Assembly (NCBI GenBank): GCA_043806595.1
Contig: JAZDGU010000050.1
Span: forward strand, 1 to 59,563
Reading direction: 5' to 3'
Origin: Candidatus Micrarchaeota archaeon
GTDB taxonomy: Archaea > Micrarchaeota > Micrarchaeia > Norongarragalinales > SBBD01
DNA length: 59,563 bases
Under the pieces are notes generated by a model, which worked only from the letters and a program-made list of their open reading frames with translations, was not told where the DNA came from and did no database searches. The position numbers were made by a program, and so were the translations under genes. Positions within the stretch are counted from its first letter, which is position 1. Each line of letters starts with the position of its first letter. Positions 43,187 through 51,572 of the stretch are shown here, piece after piece.

Positions 43187-43898
43187 CCAGCATCACTTCC
43201 ATTTTACCCAATTTGGCCATGAACTTCTGCCGCTCCCTGCGAGCGAAGCGGTTGAGCGTCTCGATGTCCAAGAACAGTTCCGCGGAGTCCCCTCGAACCA
43301 AGTCTGCGGCTGCTGATAATTTGTCAAAGCTTTCCACACGGAGAAGGGAAGATCGTGCATCGAGTCCTTGGGCGATGAAATGTGCGAGGGCCTGGGTTCG
43401 CGCCATTGTGCGGTCGTGCTCCGTCGGGGTCATCGCCATCACATTCAACCCAAGGGATTTCAACACGGACGTTGTTTTCGCGACCGTAGCCGGATTCGCC
43501 CGCAGGGGGCAAATTACAACCTGCCTCCCCTTGATTCCTTCTCCGGTAGATTTCGGACCGAACAGCGGGTGCGTTCCAATGACTTCGACGCCAGCGGGAG
43601 CCAGCCGAGACAACAACTTGCAGGGAACCTCTTTCACGGAACAGGTATCAAGCAATAACGATCCACTTGTCAGGTGCCGGCCAATCTGGTGCATAAGCGC
43701 TTCGAGCCTTGAGGCTGGAACGCACAAAAGGACTACCTTGCACGCGGAGGCTTCTTCCAAACTTCCCCAAGCCACGCCTATGGCTTCCGCTGAACTGGAT
43801 AAGTCGCGCTCGTCGGACGCGGTTACTTCGAATTTTCTGGCGAGAATCGAGGCCGCAAGGCGCCCGAATGCCCCAAAGCCTATTATCCCTATCCTCAT
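43170..43898 (-). CDS. tyrA: Prephenate dehydrogenase
   Basis: MRIGIIGFGAFGRL (Rossmann), ...GTHPLFGP... motif. Confidence 0.85.
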   Translation of the reverse strand: MRIGIIGFGAFGRLAASILARKFEVTASDERDLSSSAEAIGVAWGSLEEASACKVVLLCVPASRLEALMHQIGRHLTSGSLLLDTCSVKEVPCKLLSRLAPAGVEVIGTHPLFGPKSTGEGIKGRQVVICPLRANPATVAKTTSVLKSLGLNVMAMTPTEHDRTMARTQALAHFIAQGLDARSSLLRVESFDKLSAAADLVRGDSAELFLDIETLNRFARRERQKFMAKLGKMEVMLDGEKS

Positions 43899-44965
43899 CT
43901 TGCTTCACCTGCGATTTTTTCCAGGCTTTTTTCCAGCGCATCCTCTTTCTGGGTCAGGGAAATGCGGATGAATTCCCTGGAACCGAAAGCGCTGCCTGGA
44001 GCTACGCCCACGCCTTTCTTCAAGAGCCGCATGCACAGCGAATCCCCGTCCAAGCCCTTCCTTGTAGCGAAGATGTAAAAGCCGGCGTCCGGCTGCGCAA
44101 AATCCATGCTGCGCCCGAGAATATCGGAGGCAAGTCTTGTATTTCGCCTGCACTTATGGGCATTCCTTCTGGCTATTCGTGGCATTGACAGGGCCTTGAT
44201 TGCCGCCGCCTGCACGAATTCCGGGACGCAGGAAAAACTGGCTTGCGCTAGGGAGACTGCCTTCTCCACGACGGACGTTTCTGCGGCCAAGTATCCGCAT
44301 CGGAATCCGGTCATTGAGAACTCCTTTGAAAAACTTCCCGCAATCATCTCGCCATCTCTCAATCGGCGGGGTCTTGTTTCATTGAATGACAAGCCGCGGT
44401 ATGCCTCGTCGAAAAGCACCATCGCCCCGTTGTCCTTGGCTACTCCGGCAAGCTCGCCGGCCAGCTTTGCGGGCAGTTGTGTGCTCGTCGGATTGTTTGG
44501 CGTGCAGAGAATCACCAGCTTGGTCGTGCGGTCCATCGCTTCGGATAGCCTCTCCGGTGACGGCAGCCACTTGTCTTCCATGCTTGTCTCTACCCGTTTA
44601 ATGGAGATGCCTAGCTGCGCGCACGCGGAGTCGTATCCGGGCCAGTGCGGAGTCGGGACGCAGACGCTGCCTCCTTCGGTTACGGCCTTGATTGCCGCGA
44701 ATACCGCGAACTTCCCGCCGGGAGTGATGGCAACGTTTTCCGACGCGGCAGAATGCCTTGCAGCAATCTTTTCCCTCAATTCAGGCAAGCCTGCAGCACT
44801 CGAGTACCTGCAGTTGCCTTCCATCAAGGCTTTAGCCGCTGCCTTGCGGATGGCTTGCGCTGGTGGTTCTTCCGGCTCGCCGACGAAAAGCCGCGCTATC
44901 CTCTCGCCCTTCGCCTCGCGCGCAAACACCTGCTCCATGAACTCATAAAACAACATTCTTTCCAC
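43895..44965 (-). CDS. Class I/II aminotransferase (aspartate/aromatic)
   Basis: 356 aa. NPTS..., ...SFSKEFSMTGFRCGY (PLP Lys). Its position in the Phe/Tyr operon supports the call. Confidence 0.8.
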   Translation of the reverse strand: MERMLFYEFMEQVFAREAKGERIARLFVGEPEEPPAQAIRKAAAKALMEGNCRYSSAAGLPELREKIAARHSAASENVAITPGGKFAVFAAIKAVTEGGSVCVPTPHWPGYDSACAQLGISIKRVETSMEDKWLPSPERLSEAMDRTTKLVILCTPNNPTSTQLPAKLAGELAGVAKDNGAMVLFDEAYRGLSFNETRPRRLRDGEMIAGSFSKEFSMTGFRCGYLAAETSVVEKAVSLAQASFSCVPEFVQAAAIKALSMPRIARRNAHKCRRNTRLASDILGRSMDFAQPDAGFYIFATRKGLDGDSLCMRLLKKGVGVAPGSAFGSREFIRISLTQKEDALEKSLEKIAGEAR

Positions 44966-46040
44966 CTGCCTTGCGGTACGACCCGAGGACCTTCACCTTT
45001 GCGCCGGACTCCTCCAATGCAGTCACGGCCTTCCTTCCCTTTCCCTTGCGGGCATCACCCTCGAAGTCCGCGAAGAACGTGTACTCCCAAGCTCCCCCTT
45101 TGACCGGCCTAGACTCTAGCCTCGTCAGGTTCACTCCAGCATCTGCGAAACCTGCCAGTGCGGAATGAAGCGCCCCCGGCCGGTTTTTCAAAGTGAAGAC
45201 TAGCGACGTTTTTTCCGCAGGCCCAGTGAAGCGTTTTTTTGAGAATGCAAGGAACCGCGTAAAGTTGTTCTTTGAATTCCCGATATCGCTCGCCGTGATT
45301 TCCAGGCCATGGAACGCCGCGGCCAGCCTTCCGGCTATCGCAGCGGCTCCCTCGCGCCTCTGTTCCGCTATCGCCTTTGCCGCTCCCGCAGTATCGTAGA
45401 AAGGGAGCTGGCGCGCATTGGGCAAGCTTGCTTCCAAGAACATCCTACATTGGCCTAGTGCTTGGGGATGGGACCACACTTCCCGAATCTCGCCCAAGGA
45501 ATGGCCAGGCAGGGCTAGGAGGCAGTGCCCCACAGGGTGAAGGACCTCGCCCACCGCATGCAAACGGGTTTCAATGAGCAGGTCCATGGCACCGCCGACC
45601 CCGCCCTCGAGCGAGTTCTCCACCGGGATAAGGGCCAAGTCCGCTTCCGAGTCTTCAACCGCCTTCATCGTTTCCGAGAAAGTCCGGCAGGGCAATGTAG
45701 CGCATCCGCGAACCGATTGCAGCGCTGCCTCTTCGCTGTACGCTCCGACTTCGCCTTGAAACGCAACTATCCGTCTCGGCTCCTGCTGCACCCTAGTGCT
45801 CTCGCGGATGATTTCCTTGAAGAGGCGAATGGCTGTTGCCTTGCTAACGCCCAGAGAACTTGCAAGTGAGACTGCATTGCCCAAGACCGTTTTTTCCCTA
45901 TTCCGGTCAACGACATTCTTTCCTGCATGCCTCTTTGCTGCTCCTGCCTGGCGGGAAAGCCGCATGCGGCCCGCCAGAAGCCTGACAACCGCCGCATCCA
46001 AGGCGTCGATTTCCTTCCTCAACTCCCCTAATTTTGCCAT
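44943..46040 (-). CDS. pheA: Bifunctional chorismate mutase / prephenate dehydratase (P-protein)
   Basis: Internal ATG 46040. CM domain (LRKEIDALDAAVVRLLAGRMRLS), PDT domain (VAFQGEVGAYSEEAA..., NFTRFL) and ACT domain (TSLVFTLKNRPGALH). Confidence 0.9.
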   Translation of the reverse strand: MAKLGELRKEIDALDAAVVRLLAGRMRLSRQAGAAKRHAGKNVVDRNREKTVLGNAVSLASSLGVSKATAIRLFKEIIRESTRVQQEPRRIVAFQGEVGAYSEEAALQSVRGCATLPCRTFSETMKAVEDSEADLALIPVENSLEGGVGGAMDLLIETRLHAVGEVLHPVGHCLLALPGHSLGEIREVWSHPQALGQCRMFLEASLPNARQLPFYDTAGAAKAIAEQRREGAAAIAGRLAAAFHGLEITASDIGNSKNNFTRFLAFSKKRFTGPAEKTSLVFTLKNRPGALHSALAGFADAGVNLTRLESRPVKGGAWEYTFFADFEGDARKGKGRKAVTALEESGAKVKVLGSYRKAGGKNVVL

Positions 46041-46047
46041 ACTTGAT

Positions 46048-47115
46048 TCACCTTGATGAAACAATGTCTGCGATGACCATTGCGGCAATCGCTTCGACGA
46101 CTGGCACGGCCCGTATTGCAATGCAGGGGTCGTGCCTTCCCGCAATCCTTAGCCTGGCCTTCCTGCCAGTAGCCAAGTCCAGCGTTTTTTGCTCCCGCGC
46201 GATGCTGGAAGTTGGCTTGAACGCCGCCCGGAACACGATTGGCATTCCGGTTGCCAGCCCTCCGAGGATTCCACCGCAGTTGTTCGTCTTCGTGACGACT
46301 TTTCCGCCCTCAAGCGCGAAAGCATCGTTGTTGCGGGAACCCCGCCAGGTGGCTCCCTCAAAGCCGCTTCCGAATTCGATTCCCTTTACTGCAGGAATGG
46401 CAAAGGCCGCCGCAGAAATCCTGCTTTCGATTGAGCCGAACATCGGATCCCCAAGCCCGGGTTTAAGCCCCCGGATGCGGCATTCGACTAATCCGCCGAC
46501 CGAGTCGCCGTCGCGCCTGGCTCCATCTATCTCCGCAGCCAGTTCACCCGCGGATTCAGCCGCGGCGGTATGCACGTCATTGCTCCAAGGGACCTCCGCC
46601 AATTCCTTGTCGGATACTTGCCTGCGTATTCGCACCTTGCCGGCCTGGCACAAATGCGCGTTGACCCGGATGCCCTGCCTTCTGATGAGCGCCTTTGCGA
46701 CCGCCCCGGCCATCACGAATGCCGCGGTCATCCGGCCTGAGAATACGCCTCCTCCGGGGAACGTTTTTCCGAATTTTTCAACGGATGTCATATCCGCATG
46801 ACCCGGTCGTGGAATTGAAGCGAATTGCGAGTAGTCTTTCATCCGGACATCCTTGTTTTCAATCTTCATCCTCAGCACACCTCCAGTTGTTCTTCCATCA
46901 TTCAAGCCCGATAGCACCACCAGCCTGTCCTCTTCCCGCCGTTGGGTGGTCAAGCTGTTCTGGCCGGGTTTCCTCTTGTCGAGCTCGCGCTGGATTTCCT
47001 CTTCAGATACCTCAAGGCCCGCCGGCACTCCGCGGACTTCAACGCCGACAAACGGCCCGTGGCTGCTGCCCAGCACCTTGACCTGAAACGAACTGCCAAA
47101 CGTGAATGGATTCAT
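46048..47115 (-). CDS. aroC: Chorismate synthase
   Basis: Internal ATG 47115 (MNPFTFGSSFQVKVLGSSHGP...). ...RPGHAD..., ...GRHDPC... motifs. Confidence 0.9.
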   Translation of the reverse strand: MNPFTFGSSFQVKVLGSSHGPFVGVEVRGVPAGLEVSEEEIQRELDKRKPGQNSLTTQRREEDRLVVLSGLNDGRTTGGVLRMKIENKDVRMKDYSQFASIPRPGHADMTSVEKFGKTFPGGGVFSGRMTAAFVMAGAVAKALIRRQGIRVNAHLCQAGKVRIRRQVSDKELAEVPWSNDVHTAAAESAGELAAEIDGARRDGDSVGGLVECRIRGLKPGLGDPMFGSIESRISAAAFAIPAVKGIEFGSGFEGATWRGSRNNDAFALEGGKVVTKTNNCGGILGGLATGMPIVFRAAFKPTSSIAREQKTLDLATGRKARLRIAGRHDPCIAIRAVPVVEAIAAMVIADIVSSR

Positions 47116-47942
47116 TTTTTCCCACCAAACAACGCACTCCTCATGACGCCAATGGGCGCTTTTTTCCCGGTAAAAAGCCGGAACGATTCCGCAGCCTGCC
47201 ACAACAGCATTTCCCTGCCATCGGCTGCCGCGCAACCTTCCTGCAATGCCTCCCGAACCAGCCTCGTGCCATCTTTCGAGTAGGCCAGGTCAAAAACAGC
47301 CATGCCCTTGTGAAATAATCCGGCCGATACCGGAGTGCTTTTCCCGTCTAAGCCAACTGGCGTTGCATTCACCAGCAAGTCGGCACCGGCGACGGCATCG
47401 CAGACGTTTTTTTGAGTAGCTTTGCGCGCCGTGACTTTCGAACGCGTTACCCGTGAAGCCAGCTTCCTTGCCTTGCCGAAATCCAAGTCCAAAAGGGTTA
47501 CCCTGCAGCCGCTCAGCGAGTGCAGGACCGCCCGGGCCCCGCCGCCTGCGCCCAATACTACGGCGTGCATCCCTTCGGTCGAACCAACCAGTTTCGCAAG
47601 CGCCTTGCTAAAGCCCGCGACGTCGGTGTTGAAGCCCTCCAAACGCCCATTCGTGTTAACTACCGTGTTCACTGCCCCTATTTCCATCGCCTCTTCATCG
47701 ATTGAATCAAGCCGAGGCAGCACCGTTTCCTTGTGCGGCAAAGTGACGTTGAACCCTACAGCGCCCACCGACTTTAGACCCGCAACCGCATCCTGCAGTG
47801 CCTCCGCTCGGACTTCCAGTGCAAGGTAGGCCGCGCCGACGCCTCTCGAGTGAAGCGCCGCGTTGAAAATCCGCGGGCTTAGGGAATGCCGTATGGGCGA
47901 GCCTATTACCGCCATCAATTTTGTCGTTGAATTCATTTCCAT
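47112..47942 (-). CDS. aroE: Shikimate 5-dehydrogenase
   Basis: GSPIRHSLSPRIFNAA..., NVTLPHK, NTDVAGF, GAGGGARA. Confidence 0.9.
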   Translation of the reverse strand: MEMNSTTKLMAVIGSPIRHSLSPRIFNAALHSRGVGAAYLALEVRAEALQDAVAGLKSVGAVGFNVTLPHKETVLPRLDSIDEEAMEIGAVNTVVNTNGRLEGFNTDVAGFSKALAKLVGSTEGMHAVVLGAGGGARAVLHSLSGCRVTLLDLDFGKARKLASRVTRSKVTARKATQKNVCDAVAGADLLVNATPVGLDGKSTPVSAGLFHKGMAVFDLAYSKDGTRLVREALQEGCAAADGREMLLWQAAESFRLFTGKKAPIGVMRSALFGGKK

Positions 47943-49111
47943 GCCCTTCCCCTCAAAGTGTTGATGGCGTCGGAAAATTCGGAAATGCTGGGCTGGCCCG
48001 CGGCAGTCGGTATGCCCGCGTGCGCGAAATTGAGCGCAGACCCTCTAAGCGCGGCCGCAATCCTCAAAGGCAGGCTCTCCTTGCCCATGGGAGAGAGCAC
48101 ACAGGACACCCCCAACGCCTCGGCATCGTCAAGGAGGCCTAGGAACTCCACGCCGTTTTCCGGCGAAACGCTGGCGGCAATCTTTGCCATGCCGCCAATA
48201 GACGAAATTTTTCGAAGGACACTGCGCAAACTATCGAGCTTAATCGTTCCTTCCGTGTCGTGAACAGAGACAATGAGCCTGCAGCCGCTTTTTTCAGCGG
48301 TCTGGCGGATGCTTTCAATCAGGCGAATGTGCCTTAGCTCGACGTCAACGACTGACGCGCCGGACTCAATCGCCCGTTCCAGAATCAAACGTTTTTCTGA
48401 CTCGGAGCCGGCGAACATTCCTCCCTCCCTGCGGTCGCGGAGGGTAGCCACGCATTTGAGCTTGTTCTTCCGGCACGCCTTGATTGCCTCATCGATGCTG
48501 CGCCAATCCGAAGGCATGAGGTCGAGCCGAAGCTCCGCAGCCCGCGCACCGGCCCTCGAAACCGAGGAAATCTGCGCCACCGCATCCTCGCCTGCCACCA
48601 CTCCGCATAGCACGACCTCCCTCTCCAAAGCCGCGCGCACGTTGGAAAGAGTCTCCTCCGGAGTCCCGTTGGCGTCAACCTGCAAATGGGCTTTCGAGTA
48701 ATGCGTCTTCCTCTCGTTCCACAACTCCTCGACCCTTGCCGGCGGATTTCCTTCAAGCAAAGGACGGCCTTCTGCATTCCCAATCCTGGAGGCAGCTTTT
48801 TCCGGGGACGCGCAGAGGTGCACGGTAATGCAGTTCGACAGCAACAGCCGCCGGTTGGCCTCGCTTACAATGCCCCCGCCGCCGCAGGAAACCACGGCCT
48901 TGTCCATGGCGCATGCCCTACGGATTGCTGATGATTCCAGCCGCCTGAATTCCGCCTCCCCCTTTCCGGAAAAAACCTCGCGGACGCTGCAGCCTGTCTC
49001 TTCCTCAACCAAATCATCGGTATCCACGAACGCCAACCCGAGCGTTTCGGCAAGCGCCTTGCCTGCGGTAGACTTGCCCGCCCCAGGTAGCCCTACCAGA
49101 GCGATGTTCAT
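47933..49111 (-). CDS. Fusion of AroK-type (P-loop) shikimate kinase and type I 3-dehydroquinate dehydratase
   Basis: N-terminal part: MNIALVGLPGAGKSTAGKALA...DTD...GGG (AroK/L family). C-terminal part: ELRLDL, SVHD, GMAKIA (Schiff-base Lys), AAGQ (AroD type I). Confidence 0.85.
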   Translation of the reverse strand: MNIALVGLPGAGKSTAGKALAETLGLAFVDTDDLVEEETGCSVREVFSGKGEAEFRRLESSAIRRACAMDKAVVSCGGGGIVSEANRRLLLSNCITVHLCASPEKAASRIGNAEGRPLLEGNPPARVEELWNERKTHYSKAHLQVDANGTPEETLSNVRAALEREVVLCGVVAGEDAVAQISSVSRAGARAAELRLDLMPSDWRSIDEAIKACRKNKLKCVATLRDRREGGMFAGSESEKRLILERAIESGASVVDVELRHIRLIESIRQTAEKSGCRLIVSVHDTEGTIKLDSLRSVLRKISSIGGMAKIAASVSPENGVEFLGLLDDAEALGVSCVLSPMGKESLPLRIAAALRGSALNFAHAGIPTAAGQPSISEFSDAINTLRGRAWK

Positions 49112-50206
49112 TCAGCACACCCTCTCGAGTTCCCGGCGCGCGAGCGCATCCGGGACATCCGCTACAACCTTGGCTTTCCCAATTTCCTCCAAGAGCGCCA
49201 TGGAGAGCTTCCCTCCGCGGTTTTTCTTGTCTGACTTGAGCGCCATCCATGCCGACTCCGCATCCACCCCCGTCTTGCCAATAGGCAGGCCCAGCCCTGC
49301 AAGCAATCCCGCGATTTTCTCCGACGCTTCCGGCGAAAGCCCGGTCATTACCGCGCTAATCCGGCATTCTGCAACCATGCCCACGGAAACCGCGTCGCCG
49401 TGCCTCAACGTCATTTTGGAAGACGCTTCCAATGCGTGGCCAACGGAATGCCCGAAATTAAGGAGCATCCGCGAAACTCCAGCGCGAGACAACTCCGTCT
49501 CGTCCTCCTCCACGATGCGGGCCTTTATGCTAACCGCTGAGGAAACCGCATCCTCCAGGGCTGCACTATCGCGAGCAACCAGCCTTGCGGCATCCCTTTC
49601 AAGCGATTCCACGAGCCTGCGGCTGGAAACGCAGCCTGCCTTCGCTATTTCGGCAAACCCCTGCCGGTACTCGGAGTCGGGAAGCGATTCGAGCGTCGAA
49701 AAATCAATGACGACCGCCTCCGGCTGATGGAATGCCCCCGCAAGGTTCTTGACGCCGAGGTTGACCCCGTTCTTCCCTCCGATGGAGCTGTCCACCATGG
49801 AAAGGAGCGTGGTGGGCACATGAATCAAGGGAATGCCCCGCATGTAAAGCGACGCCGCCAGCCCCGAAACATCGCCCACCACCCCGCCCCCGCACGCGAC
49901 CACGCACGAAGAGCGGTCCAAGCCAGCGGAATGCATTCGCACCAGCAGCGATTCTACGGTGGCGAGGCTCTTGTCCTTTTCCCCGTCGGGCATGGACAAT
50001 AGAGTGCAACGCACGCCGGCGTCGGGCATCGCTTGCACTATCCTGCCGGCTATTCCGGCCGTGTTGCGCGAGTGCACGACTACCGCCTTTTCCGCGCCCA
50101 GCCTTGCGGCTATCCCCGCGGCATCCTCTGCCCTGCCACCGACCACAATGGTGCATTCCCTCGCCTTTCCGCGAGTCCTCAGCTTCAGTCTTTTCATGGC
50201 AACCAC
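49112..50206 (-). CDS. aroB: 3-dehydroquinate synthase
   Basis: GGGVVGD..., ...DSSIGGKNGVN..., ...FGHSVGHALE... GTG 50206, or ATG 50197. Confidence 0.9.
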   Translation of the reverse strand: MVAMKRLKLRTRGKARECTIVVGGRAEDAAGIAARLGAEKAVVVHSRNTAGIAGRIVQAMPDAGVRCTLLSMPDGEKDKSLATVESLLVRMHSAGLDRSSCVVACGGGVVGDVSGLAASLYMRGIPLIHVPTTLLSMVDSSIGGKNGVNLGVKNLAGAFHQPEAVVIDFSTLESLPDSEYRQGFAEIAKAGCVSSRRLVESLERDAARLVARDSAALEDAVSSAVSIKARIVEEDETELSRAGVSRMLLNFGHSVGHALEASSKMTLRHGDAVSVGMVAECRISAVMTGLSPEASEKIAGLLAGLGLPIGKTGVDAESAWMALKSDKKNRGGKLSMALLEEIGKAKVVADVPDALARRELERVC

Positions 50207-50207
50207 C

Positions 50208-51086
50208 TCAGAGGCTCCTGCCGACGGCGCGCGCCACCGGGCCGACTTCGTCCATCAGCCTGCCGAACTCGCTAATCGTCAGCTGCTGCGCAGCGTCGCT
50301 GAGCGCCTCGTGCGGCCGGGGATGCACTTCCACCATCAGCCCGTCCGCGCCGGAGGCGATTCCCGCCTTGCTCATGGGAACGACCAGCTCCCGAACCCCT
50401 GTTCCGTGGGAAGGATCCACGACGATGGGCAGGTGGCTCAATGCCTTGACCAGCGGCACGGCGTTCAAGTCGAGGGTGTTCCTCGTCTCGGGCACGAACG
50501 TGCGGATGCCGCGCTCACACAGCACCACGTTAGGGTTGCCTTCGTTGAGGATGTACTCTGCGGCAAGAAGGAACTCCGAAATGGTTGCGGAAAAGCCGCG
50601 CTTGAGCAGCACCGGCTTCTCGCTTTTCCCAACCTCCTTGAGCAGGTCGAAATTCTGCATGTTGCGCGAGCCCACGCGCAGCATGTCGACCGAATCTTCG
50701 ACCAACTCGACGTGCGAAGGATGCATCACCTCCGTTTCCACCGCAATCCCGGCTTCCCTGCTCACATCCGCGAGAATATCTGTCGCCTTGATGCCGAGCC
50801 CCTGGAAATCGTACGGCGAAGTACGCGGCTTGAAGATGCTCCCGCGGAGCACGACCGCGCCCGCCCGTTTTACCCCGATTGCGGCCTCGAGCAGCTGCTC
50901 GCGGCTTTCAACTCCGCATGGGCCGGCGATAATCGCGAGCCGGTTTCCGCCTATTTCGACGCCCCCTTTAAGGCGCACGACGGTATTTCCTTCGCGCGTC
51001 TCCCTTGATGCAAGCCGCCAGAGCGCTTTTTTCGCGGCCGCCTCCTTTTTTTCACTCATTGCAAGCACCTTTTTTGGACTGGACAC
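50208..51086 (-). CDS. DAHP synthase (class I-beta, KDO8PS-like)
   Basis: [38 protein letters not shown]. The track start is GTG 51086; ATG 51059 is an alternative. First gene of the operon. Confidence 0.9.
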   Translation of the reverse strand: MSSPKKVLAMSEKKEAAAKKALWRLASRETREGNTVVRLKGGVEIGGNRLAIIAGPCGVESREQLLEAAIGVKRAGAVVLRGSIFKPRTSPYDFQGLGIKATDILADVSREAGIAVETEVMHPSHVELVEDSVDMLRVGSRNMQNFDLLKEVGKSEKPVLLKRGFSATISEFLLAAEYILNEGNPNVVLCERGIRTFVPETRNTLDLNAVPLVKALSHLPIVVDPSHGTGVRELVVPMSKAGIASGADGLMVEVHPRPHEALSDAAQQLTISEFGRLMDEVGPVARAVGRSL

Positions 51087-51490
51087 TGGGGAAAAAAGAA
51101 AAAACTAGTCAGGCTTCAAGGCCAGCGCTCGCTGGACAAAAAACCCGCTCCATTCGCCTTCCCGAGCTGCAAACCCGGAAAAAGGACAGGCCACTTTTCG
51201 ACTGAAAAAGGCCAGTTACTTAAAATAGAAATAGCCAAAGCGCAAGCTGGACGAACTCCTCAATAGATTCCAACCGCGAACTTCAGACATAGAGACACTT
51301 TTCCCTATCACGCTTAATTAATGTTTCGCCAAAGTCTCACGCGCCGACGATAACCAATTCGTTACTCTCCAAACTTAGCAGTCTTTTTATAGCCCAAAGC
51401 CAGCTTGTCCCAGCGGGTACGGGCATTAGAATCAGGGATGGTGCATCGAACTTCGTTTCGGTGCACTCGACCTGCATTTAAGCGGTGGGA

Positions 51491-51511
51491 CGTTTTTATG
51501 CCCAATTGGAC
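51491..51511 (+). repeat. CGTTTTTATGCCCAATTGGAC, right member of the 21-nt direct repeat flanking the aro operon
   Basis: 17/21 identical to 41859..41879. It lies 22 nt from core copy L1. Confidence 0.5.
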
Positions 51512-51533
51512 ACTAAGGAATAAATGTAAGGGC

Positions 51534-51545
51534 ATGCAGGGGGAG
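51534..51545 (+). repeat. tRNA-Leu 3'-end core copy L1 (ATGCAGGGGGAG, 12 nt)
   Basis: Exact 12-mer in the same orientation, in the 486-nt AT-rich spacer between the aro operon and the subtilase gene. Confidence 0.7.
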
Positions 51546-51572
51546 CACGGCAAGGAAGATGCTAGAGTCTTG

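Noticed and set aside
51087-51572. Small ORFs 51362-51553(-) and 51405-52070(+) in the AT-rich spacer upstream of the aro operon
   Set aside because: They have no coding-like composition or motifs. The plus-strand ORF is antisense to the subtilase 3' end. The region is better viewed as a promoter and junction sequence carrying core copy L1.
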